A DNA stretch of 63,643 nt, counting the filler, from Vannella sp. (Eukaryota): assembly GCA_023345925.1 (NCBI GenBank). It is 6 parts of 6 records of this genome, joined end to end, with 100 filler letters (N's around TTAATTAATTAA, not from the genome) between each part and the next. Parts side by side here need not be neighbours in the genome. Positions count along the whole stretch, not along the records: positions 1 to 24,644 come from JAJQQN010001364.1; 5 more parts are not named here. The stretch is one strand, 5' to 3'. The notes beneath the pieces were generated by a model. That model had not been told where the DNA came from. It worked only from the letters and a program-made list of their open reading frames with translations, and did not search any database. This document shows, piece after piece, positions 11,299 to 21,832 of this stretch (the first letter of the stretch is position 1; every line of letters starts with the position of its first letter). The translations under genes and the position numbers were made by a program.

Positions 11299-14200
11299 CT
11301 AGAATTTGAAGGCTTTGGGAGTCCCAGATAGGCGAGACCTTTGCTCTGTGGGGCGACCGGGAGTGAAGAAGGCGGGAGAGGCTGGAGTTGACCGAGATTG
11401 TTGCTTTTGGACCTGTTTCTCGACAAAGCCCAGCTCAGAGAGAATACTTTTGGCGGCTGGATTGAGAGGGAGGGAGCGCAGAGCAGACTGATGTCGCTCC
11501 AGAGCAGCAACAATCTTTGTTGGGCGCTCTGATGGTCCAGCGGCAGCTCGTTGATCGAGCCAGTTCTTGACCAAATAAGCAAAGGGAATGAGATAAGGGA
11601 GCGCGTTCTCCCCTTCATGAGTGGAAGCCAGTTCATCGTAGACATCAAAAAGACTCTCGGAAGATACACCAACTTCGAGCATCAAGCGAATGACCCAAGG
11701 ATACTTCGGGTCAGAGAGTTCGTGCAGCTTCTGGTTCACCAACTCGAGCCGCTTAATAATAAACTCAACCGGAAAGACGCATTCGGAAGGGAAGAATTCT
11801 TTCCCCAGTTCAAGAACCTTACGACAGAGGGATTCCCTATCCGGATAAGCTGTTGGAGGGTGAGATAAAGAGGATATAAGGGGAGATGAACAGCCTACCT
11901 TTGATGATTTGGTCCCAACAATTGTTACTTCGGCGAGTATCTGAGTACCCAGCGCAATGCAGAATGGACAACTGAAGTTCCCAAAGTTTGTAAGGAGCTG
12001 CAAAGCGGGTGAAAAGCTCAGTGAGATCGAGAACGGAAGAATTCAATTGGGTTTGGAGGGTGGCGCGTTGGTGTTCGTCGTGGACGGTGGACGTTAAACT
12101 AATTTGATTGTAAATGCGCTGTTGGATTTTGGCCACATCCAGTTGCCCAGTAATCATGTGCAAGTCGAGGCCAGAGATCATCGAGTCCGCTCCGCAAACC
12201 TTTTCTTGCTTTATCGCGGAGACTAACCAGTGAATGCGCTCCTCGATGCTCTGGCTCTCTTCTGCTAACCTACAAGCTACTCCAGCAGCCTCTCCATAGC
12301 GTGCACGTAGCCCATAGAAGCGATAGAGAAGGTAAGGGTCATGCGCCTTCAAAAAGTCCTCCAAGAAGCGAGAGCGGAGTTGCAGTAAAGTTCGAGCAGC
12401 TGCAGCGTCCTCTCCGTCGCGCTGCACCTCTTTGAGAAAGTACCGGAAGAAAGTCTCATGGTAGAGCTCGTCCTCTCCTCCGAGTCCACTCCCCAAGGTA
12501 TCCAGGAGCTCTGAGCGGGTGTCTTCGTCATTCAGCTCAGAATACAGAAAGACGATTTGCTCATAACAAGCCGTTCGTTGCTCTAACACCCGCTCACTAA
12601 CAGAATCTCCCCTCAAAGCTGGAAGGGAAGCATTGGAGGTATCAATCTGAGCTGCGCGAGAGAGCAGCAACTCCACAAACCCGCTGATAAACGAGAAATG
12701 GCGGAAATAATCCAAAACAGGCTGAATGTCCACTTGGCTAGCGATTGGCTTGAGCGCCAAAAGAGCATCTTCAAACACAGGCAAAGTGGCAGCAGATGAC
12801 TCTTCCATCTTCTTAAGCTCTTCCACGGTGCGGTGCAGAGTCATGGCTGCAAGAGAAAAGTAGGAGGGACATTGCTCATTAAGTTTCTTTGCTATGAGTT
12901 CAATGCTACCATGCTCAACAGAGTAGTGCTCGATCACAGCGGCAATCAATGTGGGAATAGCATCGCTGCGAGTGCTTCCAGACTGAGTCAAGCTTTGGAA
13001 GGTGACAGCGCCAAGACGGTCCGCAACCTCTGGGAGGAGTTGAAGGTATTGTTGTATCTCATCACCAACTACTGGGAAGCACAGAATATGGAGCAGGTGA
13101 ATAGCTTCCATTGCCCTTGATAAGAGGTCGAAGAGAGTTCGAAGAAGCTCTTCCTCCTGCTTCTGTGCCTCGAAAGACACTCTCACAGGGTTAGCTCCTG
13201 CCAAAAACCCGGAGGAGAAGTCCTCAGCACTGCGGCGGAAATGCTCTAAACGGAGCAATTGGTCTTGAACCTGTTGGAGTTGCCAACGACTCACCACTGG
13301 AGAGACTACATAGGTCTGGGTGATGCTCCCATCAGCAGAGTAAGTGGGTGCTGGAATGTGTTGAAGGAGAACGGCAGGTTCCTTCCACAAGGGCGCCAGA
13401 ATGCGCGAGAAGAAGAGGGCTATTCCGTGATACTTTAAGGATAAATTCACTCGAGAGCTGAACCCAACGCCGCCACGCACAGCCTGGGCTGATTCAATGT
13501 AAATAGGAACTCCTCCGTAGCCGAAGAAAGCCATTTCGGCCCATCGGGCAACTTGGGTTGAGCGCTTCTCTCCACATACGAGAATCAGACACATTGCACA
13601 CGCTTCCATCCCGTAGTATTCGAAGAAGCTATCTAGCATATCCGTTCGTTGCCCTCCAGCTGCCTGCAGGAGCTCATAAAGCTCATCAACAGGACGTAAC
13701 TTGGTAATATTGTGAACACCTTCTTCCGTCAGGCACAGTAAAGAAGCTGCAGGTAGTGCATGCTGAGTAGCTAGCTCTCTTCCAGCATAAGTCGCATACA
13801 AATGAGCAGACTCGAGTGCCCAAGCGTAGTTACTCCCTGTCAGCTCCAAAAAGCCAACTCGTTCAAGGTAGTCGCTCCTGTTGTTAGAAGAAGCGGGAGT
13901 AGTGCAGATAAGAAGCAGACTCTCTTTCTCTACTTCATGCGCAGAGTTGGCGATGACTGAGACACCCTGAGTGGAGCAAATGGCGTCGACGTGCAAGTAT
14001 TGACCTAATACACTTCTGCGGTCGGATTCGTCCCGAGCAGGAGGGGCTCGAAGATGTAATAGCTCGAGGGTTGAGGGCCCAAAGTCCCGCCAACTGGAGC
14101 TCTTCTCCTCCACAAACTCATCTGTTAGCCTCCGATGACTCCCGCGGGGGACGGTGCTAAAGTAGAGCCGGATGCCACTGGCAGTCGCCCCAATCAGATG

Positions 14201-15298
14201 GAGGACAGAGGACTCTTTCATGCACACAAGGGAAAGGCTTTTGACTTCAAAAAGGCTCGCATCTGGCTGGGTATCCGTCCAGAGGCGGAGGCAACAACTG
14301 CGAATGTCTGTTATCTGGGCCACAGGCACGATCTTAGTACCATCAGCACCCAAATCGAACAGTTGGATCACTGATCTGGCTGAGAGCGTGTAAAGAAGGT
14401 TCCTTTCATGATCCACAAGGAGGTCGACAAGTGGATCCGCCCCTCCGAGCTTAAGGAACGTCGGTACGTAGCCTGCCAGGACGCGCTGCGTATGGTTGAC
14501 CTTGGTACATCTCTTTCGGAACCACCCTTCGCTTGACTGGTAGTCCAACTCGTACAAATGACCGTCCTTTCCCGCCATGAAGACTCTTCCCGAAGCTGTC
14601 CCGGCGATCTTAAGCATATTGACGTTGTCTGTGGCAATGGATAGGTTTGCTACATGGTATAGGTAAGTTGTGGAGTCAGCAGAAGAGGCCTGAACTCACT
14701 GGGAAGTAATGAGAGGCCCCCATCCTCCAATAGAACGGCCAAGAGGAAGACCTCGACTGAAGTGGCGATCACCAAGAGGTGTCTCACATCCTCTACAAAG
14801 ACGCCTGGTTTGGTAGCCAGGAGAGCCACAGAGACGATGACTTGGTCAAGCTCGCTGTAAGTCACGTAGTCCCTTGTCCGCCCTGCACCAGCTCTGTGAG
14901 TCTAGCGAAGTACATTGAGTATTCCTATCTTACCAGAGTAGTCAAAGAGGAAGAGATTCGAGTCCAAGGCGACCCACAAGTGGTGGATGGAAGGAAACAG
15001 GCCCATCACGTGATACTCGTAGTCAGGTCTACTCAACTCCACTTGGAGAGCACGGGGCAATTCAATCGTCTCTTTGATATGGAAAAGACTTGCTCCCACA
15101 CCTAAAGAAGCACCAAAGCATCAGTTAGACCTCCCTTTGGGTCGTTTGTTGGGAAAAGGACGAACCGGGAACGTTCTCTGCCAAGGTGGAGGATGCCCCT
15201 CCTCTAAGGAGGTGCGACAAGTCTACCATTTGGTCTCTCTTCAAGTATTGATCAAGCGGATCGACCATTGCAGAGAGGCCTCCTGCTAAGTAGGCCAT
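11299..15298 (-). CDS. NUP155: Nucleoporin Nup155/Nup170 (multi-exon)
   Basis: Fragments MGLFPSIHHLWVALDSNLFLFDY, PGVFVEDVRHLLVIATSVEVFLL, GRVFMAGKDGHLYELDYQSSEGWFRKRCTKVNHT, LTELFTRFAAPYKLWELQLSILHCA and VFPVEFIIKRLE. First intron inferred at 15102-15165. Confidence 0.92.
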
Positions 15299-15391
15299 TT
15301 CAGAAATGGCGGCAACCAGGTTGCGTGAATTCAGCACATTCCACTGCAGTGGGTTTGGTTTATTCACGAATATAATACAGAAAAGAGTGCG

Positions 15392-15913
15392 TTATGATGG
15401 ATCACCATGGGGCCATGTAGTTGGGCTTGGTGACCATGGGAGGCAGAGGGGGAAGGGTTCGAGAGGCAAAAAAGTCTTTGGTTGCACCCAAAGGCATGGC
15501 TGGACCAAAGAGGGAGGGCGCGCTTGGACGGAAAGTCCCGGGGAAAGGGAGGCCTGAGGGAGTATGCCCATTGCGTTGGGGTTGCATGTAAGATGTAGAG
15601 GTATTGAACACAACAATCGAAGTTGACAAGGAGAGCAGAGCCTCGACTCCTTCAGACTCTTCAGCATCCAATACGCGAGGCTGAAATTTCCTTGAAAATT
15701 AGGTTCCGAATCGCGATCGGTTTCTAAAGATGGAGAACTTACGTGACCGCGAGTTCCCTCTGAGAGGGAGAACCTTGATGCTTGTGAGTAGTTTGGATAG
15801 AAGGGTGTGTTGGTCGGTGGTCTGTAGAATTTGAGGTGTTGCTCTTCCTGGTGGGAGGATGAGAACGAGGACGTCGAGATCCCCTTCAGCAAACATGGTC
15901 GACGTACCATGAT
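15392..15913 (-). CDS. Small hypothetical multi-exon protein
   Basis: Plausible GT-AG introns link EEQHLKFYRP.. with ..DAEESEGVEALLSLS... No recognisable domain, and the boundaries are uncertain. Confidence 0.3.
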   Translation of the reverse strand: MMVRRPCLLKGISTSSFSSSHQEEQHLKFYRPPTNTPFYPNYSQASRFSLSEGTRGHVSSPSLETDRDSEPNFQGNFSLAYWMLKSLKESRLCSPCQLRLLCSIPLHLTCNPNAMGILPQASLSPGLSVQARPPSLVQPCLWVQPKTFLPLEPFPLCLPWSPSPTTWPHGDPS

Positions 15914-16171
15914 GGTTGGAAGCTTTCGTTTTATCCCGACCGCAGAGAAGGTGAGGGAGCTGTTCTCCAAGTTAGGAGTAAGCACGGGACCAGACATGTG
16001 AGGTGGGGTTGGTGGGGAAAAAAACAAGCTTTACCCCGCCTGCCGTTGATTGGTCTGTTCCCAATTAGTCAAGTCGCATTCAGTGAATCATAATTATCAG
16101 ATGTAATAATGACACCACAGACTATCCTGTGGAAGGGGCAGAATGTGCCTGAGTTTTGATTGACCAACTGG

Positions 16172-17438
16172 TTATTCTTGTTTATTTGTGAGACCAAGGA
16201 ATCGGAGGAGGACTATGATCTCGCCAAGCTTATTCTGTGCGAGGCGCGAGGCTGCCTCGGTGAGAGTGATCAGAACGAGTAGCTGGGAGGCCTGTCCAAG
16301 CAGTTCGGTAGCCATCATTGCAATCTGCCACATTTCTGGCGACTGAGAGCTTAGCTCAGTGCTCTCCATTATATCCACAATCTCCCTCTCGATGATCAAA
16401 ACCTTCCAGTTTGTGTGAGAGAGATCCACTCCTCTATCCCTGGCGACGTACGTTTCTGTGGAGAGCACTCTCTAACTCCAAAGAGAATCGAACGGGCCAA
16501 CGAGATCGGAGGGTCTCCAAGGTTAAGCTGAGACCCACTGCCCTCTCGAGAACGTTCTGTTCTTGTTTAGTCCAATGGAGTGGTGCACAGAGATGAAGTA
16601 CCTTTGGTGGGGGCTGCTCATGGGACTGTTCTGGTAAAGAGGGCTCCGTGGAGAGATGAAACGAGAGGTCGTGAGGAATCAGGAGGGAGAACAGTTCAAT
16701 GGCGCGGCGCATTGCTGGGGGGAGGCTTGCTCGGATAGCAGGCCACGAGTTTCTTGGTCGATAGTCAGTCTCTGCTGGCCCTGAAACATCCTCATCATCG
16801 TCCCCTATTTTGAAACCCATTATCGGGCCCTTCTTTGGAGGAGGTGGATCCAGATCGCGAGCCATGTCTTCTACCCAGTCCGAAAGTGCTGTCTCACGCA
16901 CCACTGCTGAGATGGCTGCGATATGACCAGAGATGGAGACCGTGAGCTCCTCCACAAGAGTTCGATCTTCTTCTCTGATGGGCTGTTGGAGTCGCCCATG
17001 GGAAGGCTGTTGGAGGAAGTATCGGCCCATTAGAAGGTACAAAGCGACTGTCGTGTTCTCCGTGTACACGTTCAGGTGGGCTTGAAACGCGCTCTCACTT
17101 CCAAGAGTTTGCTCGATTCCATCCTCGCTTGAGTTTGAGAGCAACAAGAGAGCAGCTATAGTCTCTAGAAGCTGAGGCAACCACCAAGATAGGACCTTGA
17201 TAGCGTGGACATCGTGAAGAAGGAAGCGTGAAGCCGTCATCGTGCTGCAGAACTTCGTGAGGATAGATGCTAGGTCCAGAGAGACGAAGGTTTTGTGTGT
17301 GAGTATCTCTTGTAGCTTTCTGGAGGCCTCCACCATCCCTTCCATGATAGGGAGGAAGATGTTCACGGAGAAGGGGGCATCCCCAATAGATTTCAAGACA
17401 GTGAGGATGTTAGAACCACTAGCTATCTGACCTATCAT
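16172..17438 (-). CDS. Hypothetical helical protein (at least 2 exons; may start further upstream, near 17797)
   Basis: A 334-aa ORF and a 98-aa ORF can be joined by a GTACGT..AAG intron near 16402-16451. No family recognised. Confidence 0.5.
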
Positions 17439-17947
17439 TGCTGCCGTTTTGGGAGAGCTACGCTGCCGCTTTCGTCAGTCTGGAACACTCAAGAGGACGT
17501 TGTACTAACAAACTCTTCTACCAGGGCCAGAGGGAGGTACATTGAATCACAAAGAGAGGCCAAGAAAGTACAATAGTCACTCTGGAACAGCTTCAACCGA
17601 CGGTTAACGACAGAAGACGTTCGCCTATCTTGTCGCGTCTTCCCCAGCCGAGAGATCTCTGTCTGCCTCCGAACGTACGACCTAGAGATAAACACAGAGG
17701 AAGGGAGGTTATACAGTCCTCGGTTCCCTTTCGTGTGAAAGCTGGCGCGAAAGAGGGGCGTAGATGAGACTGGGGCGGGATACCCTGGCTCCATCAAGGA
17801 CGCAGTGAAATGAGAGAAAGCGGAGGAACTTTGCGTTTAATACTTTTGAGAGGGACAGAGGTTGAGCATGAGCTTGAAGGGCTTGGTTGAAGGACTAGCT
17901 TGATGGTAGATTCCCTCCTTGTGTAACATTGAGAGAGGGTTCTTGGA

Positions 17948-18307
17948 CTATCGGCCTCCATAGGTCTTGTGCTCGTTGTAGGTGACATAGAGGAACCCAT
18001 CTTCATCCTTGTACTGCTCGTAGATTTGCTGCATGAGTTGTGCGGGCATTGCTGCAACTCCTTTGCCGACAAAGAAGCACATGTGCATGGTCCCATCCAC
18101 AGGGAGTTGGTCCAACATCTCACTGATAAACTGCGCCATTGTGAAGTGCTTTGGAGCGAGGAACTTCTGCTTCTGCAACTGAGGCAGACTCGCCACCGCA
18201 GCATTCACAATCACCGGGACTTTGTCGTTGTGCGTCGCAAGGATCTTCGCTGATATCTCACGTCTCCTCTGTAAGGTGAGACTATCCTTGAAGGGACTCT
18301 CCGCCAT
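17948..18307 (-). CDS. ATG8: ATG8/LC3/GABARAP-family ubiquitin-like protein
   Basis: FKDSLTLQRRREISAKI..DKVPVIV..KFLAP....MAQF..IYEQYKDEDGFLYVTY..TYG followed by GR, giving a cleavable Gly near the C-terminus. Confidence 0.93.
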   Translation of the reverse strand: MAESPFKDSLTLQRRREISAKILATHNDKVPVIVNAAVASLPQLQKQKFLAPKHFTMAQFISEMLDQLPVDGTMHMCFFVGKGVAAMPAQLMQQIYEQYKDEDGFLYVTYNEHKTYGGR

Positions 18308-18427
18308 GGCGAAGGGGAAGAGCAAAAACTGGCCCTTTGAATCACTTTATAGAGATTTGCACCCAACCCTGCCTGGGGAACTGCCTATTTATGTGGGGAT
18401 GGGGCGATTATTATTGAGCTGGCGAGA

Positions 18428-20467
18428 CTACAGGAAGAGAGCCTCTTCAACGGAGAGATTGTAGCCGATGGGAGGAACTGCTTCCACTGCTTCGGGGCTG
18501 GAGCAGAATTGGAGTTGCAGGTCGCGGCGGGTGATACTACCCTTGGTGCAGTTGTCTGAGCGAGTGCCAAAGCTCGTCCTGGCCAAAGGCACGTAGAGGA
18601 ATTGAGGATTTCGGAAGAGGAACTCGGCTATGCTTTCGCAGTCTTTGGGGGAGATTAAGACGTGCACCACGTTCATTCTTTTGGAAATCGGATCTTGTAT
18701 GGAGAAGGCTGCTGCCACCTGCCCGTTGCACCGCTCACTGAAACGGAGAAGGCAACTTCCAGCTGGCTCTGACGATAAGATCCTGTTAGCATCTTCCTTA
18801 TCAACAAAGCCAAAGACAGAGCCTTGGAGCCACATAGCAGAGAAAGGTTTCGTATGGCGGATCTTATGAAGCGCGTCTCCGAACCAATTCCAGAAGCTCT
18901 CAAAGTCCCGCACATGAATGAGCCCCTTGTTATGGAACACAGAGAGTTTGGAAATATACTCCAGTTCTCTGATAGAGAGACTGCGCTGTGGTAAAGCTAT
19001 TTCCTGGCGGGTGGCACGGAGGTAATGAAGTTGGAGGAAATTGGCAAACTAAAGAGAGTTTCTGAAAGTCAGTGTCTGGTAGAGCATGGATTAACCTCAT
19101 CTTGACCTACTCTTGGCCAGGAGATGGACTCTTTCCCTTCAAAAGCTGACTTCTTGAGCAATACCCCTTCTGAGACTTTCCATTGATTCTCGTTCGTCAT
19201 GATAAGGAAGGGTTGAGTGAGATCGCTTTCTAGTGATTGAGTACTGGGGCTGCCATTGGCTTGGATGTAAGAGACCATCAGGACGAATTGGAGCCGAACG
19301 ACCTTTTGACGAGTTCCTGTGGGAAAGCGGAGCTCGTTGAACTGCGCAATACCCTCTGCATTCATCTCTTCTTCTGCATTCTTGACTGGAAGTGTAGCTT
19401 GTCGAATATGGTAGTCTTCATGCATTAGCTGACCCCTGACGAGCCCCTGTGGCTGACAACTTGCTTTGGGGGCAGAGATCATCTCCACCACCACGGGATC
19501 TTCGGTCACGTTGTGAGCTTTGGTGTTCTGTTTGATGGGCTTGGGGAATGGTTGCTTCGTGATGACTAACGCACTGAAGCTATCCCAGCAATCAGAGGGA
19601 ATGCCTGATGAAGGAAGACGCCTTACCAGCGAGAGGGAGGGGGAGCCGTTGGATTGAAGTGGAAGAAGTAGTTCAGCTCTTCTTGGCAGAGGCCCAGCTT
19701 CTTGATGAGGATATAGATCTCTTGTGTCAGGTCCAGCACTTGGGAGAGCACCAAAGGACTGAGGATATGTGAGCTCAGTATCTGCTGGAGGAAGCCTTCC
19801 AGCTGGCGACACTCAGACAGTAGATTGTGCTGATCTAGGTTAAGCTGTTCGAACACTTCTTTGGCGATGGGGACGGCGGCCACTTGCTGAGTAGAAGCCA
19901 ACATGCTCTTTCCTTCAAGTTAGGGACTGTTTCGAAGAGTTATTGCGGCTTACCAGTGCTCCCTGCAAGAGTGAGACCTTCTGAGAGACTTTCTCAAGGA
20001 TTGGCTGCTGTTCATCGACAAACGGGGCTGGTTCAGGCGGAGGGGGGCGGTGCAGATGACTTGACTCGTTCTTTGCTTGGGAGAAGCTCATCGCTCTACA
20101 AAAAGGTCATGCACGGTTCATTCTCCTATCGTTACACGTACGGGGCTTGCCCCAGAGTGAACGGTTCGATGCCAGGGGCGAAGAGGGAGCTCTGGGAAGG
20201 GAGCATAGCCGGCATCTCATGCGAAAAGTAAGTGTTACTGCTAGACTGAGACGAATGCTTCAAGTCATAGTCAATCGTCGCTCGGGAGCGCTTCTTTGAC
20301 GGCGCGTCAAACATGGTACTGTTCTCTGCAAACTCCTGCATATCCCCAAGCCCCTCAATGTGGGGAACCTCTGTTGGACCCTGTACCCAACTCTCTATCA
20401 TCTCCTCAAAGGTCATTTCACCATCCTGGAGGAGATTGAGGAGGGATTCTGAGTCTCCGTCTTCCAT
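18428..20467 (-). CDS. STAT transcription factor, Dictyostelium-type (coiled-coil, DNA-binding, linker, SH2, C-terminal Tyr); multi-exon
   Basis: Coiled-coil ending LYPQEI/ELNY-like, ALVITKQPFP..IKQ, LRFPTGTRQKVVRLQF, PFLIMTNENQW..SEG.LLKK.AF, FWNWFG, SH2 GFVDKEDA..IL..EPAGSCLLRFSE, and a C-terminal GYN. Confidence 0.9.
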
Positions 20468-20792
20468 CAAGGAGAAAAATGATCAAGACGCTGGTCGGTA
20501 TTGTAAACCCTTCTGCGGATGGTCAGGATAAGCTATTGGACTGATTTCATTTTTTAGAGAGCTTAATATAACAACACGTAAACCAGGGGGGTACGCGAGT
20601 GCTACCATAGGCTAGAAGAATCTATCAACACTTTCCTTCTGCTTCAAGACGGAATCGCGTGCCAGACGGGATTGTTGGGCTCTCGTCTCTTCTTTTGAGA
20701 GAAGTTCTTCCCGAAGTGATGCAAGGACCAGCCTTTGGCCCAAACTTCTGCACTATGATGGGATGTATGTCCCTACTGCTTTATCGTCATCA

Positions 20793-21245
20793 TTATCCAG
20801 TGCGCAATGGCGGCGAGATCAAGATGATCACGTCTCCTCGAACAAAGAGCATCGGAATGCGCCTCTTAGTGGTCTAGTGGGGTTAGAAGGGCAAAAGGAA
20901 GGTGAAGGGACGTACTTGAACGGACTCTTCGCCAGTATCTTCGTCTTCCTCGTACTTGTTGATGGTTTCCTCCTGGCGTTTGGGGTGAGCTTCATTAGGA
21001 CCCCATTCTTCAGTCCCAGACGCTTACTGAGTCGCCAAGGATGATGTTCAAGTGTTGATCGTACGCCTAGCCACCCTCCCAGTAAGCTCCCCGCCCAACC
21101 CCGCACCGCGCACGCGGCAGCTCCCACTCCGCTGCTCCCTTACATGCAACCGCCCATACAGCTCACGCCCATTCTTGCACTTGACGTAGATGTACTCGTC
21201 CAGCGAGAGTCGAATCAGATCGAGCGGCTCCTCCGTGTCAGCCAT
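20793..21245 (-). CDS. LSM3: U6 snRNA-associated Sm-like protein LSm3 (4 exons)
   Basis: Spliced product [92 protein letters not shown], with three GT-AG introns. Confidence 0.95.
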
Positions 21246-21316
21246 TCGAGGAGGTCAAAGAATGACGCAATAATGCAGGGAAGGTCCGAAATGTTAATCA
21301 TTATCAGACCTCCTGA

Positions 21317-21742
21317 ATGGAGCGGGGAATCCGGGCGGACGAGGTCTCGAAGCACAACACGCCCGGTGATTGCTGGGTGATAGTGCAGGGGATGGTGTAT
21401 GATGTGACACCGATTGTTCGAAGCCATCCAGGTGGTAGTGCTGTGATAGCGCGTGCTGGAGGAAAGGACGCCACGAAAGAGTGGTTCCGAGTGTTCCACA
21501 GCAAACGCGCGGAAGAACAACTGGCCTCGTTGATCGTTGGGAGACTCGTAGAAGCGGTACGTTACTATGACCTTCCATGGCAACGACTTGTACTAAGGAA
21601 CGAAGCCTGGGCTCTCGCTTTTAAGCCCTTTCTCCTCCCAAGGAAGCCTCGATCGCAGGCGCCCTCCCCCAAAGAGATCGCCAAGCTTCAGCAGCTCCTT
21701 GCCACCCTAACTGTGGACGCTCTTGATGTAATGGGCTACTAG
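21317..21742 (+). CDS. Cytochrome b5-like heme-binding domain protein
   Basis: EVSKHNTPGDCWVIVQGMVYDVT....HPGG..VI...GGKDAT..F...HS. Confidence 0.88.
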   Translation: MERGIRADEVSKHNTPGDCWVIVQGMVYDVTPIVRSHPGGSAVIARAGGKDATKEWFRVFHSKRAEEQLASLIVGRLVEAVRYYDLPWQRLVLRNEAWALAFKPFLLPRKPRSQAPSPKEIAKLQQLLATLTVDALDVMGY

Positions 21743-21832
21743 CAATGCAAGAAGGCGAGAATGACTCGCCAGAACCGACGGAAGAAGACCAAAAGGCACT
21801 TCCAGGAGGAAGATTCCGCTTTAATGAAGCAA

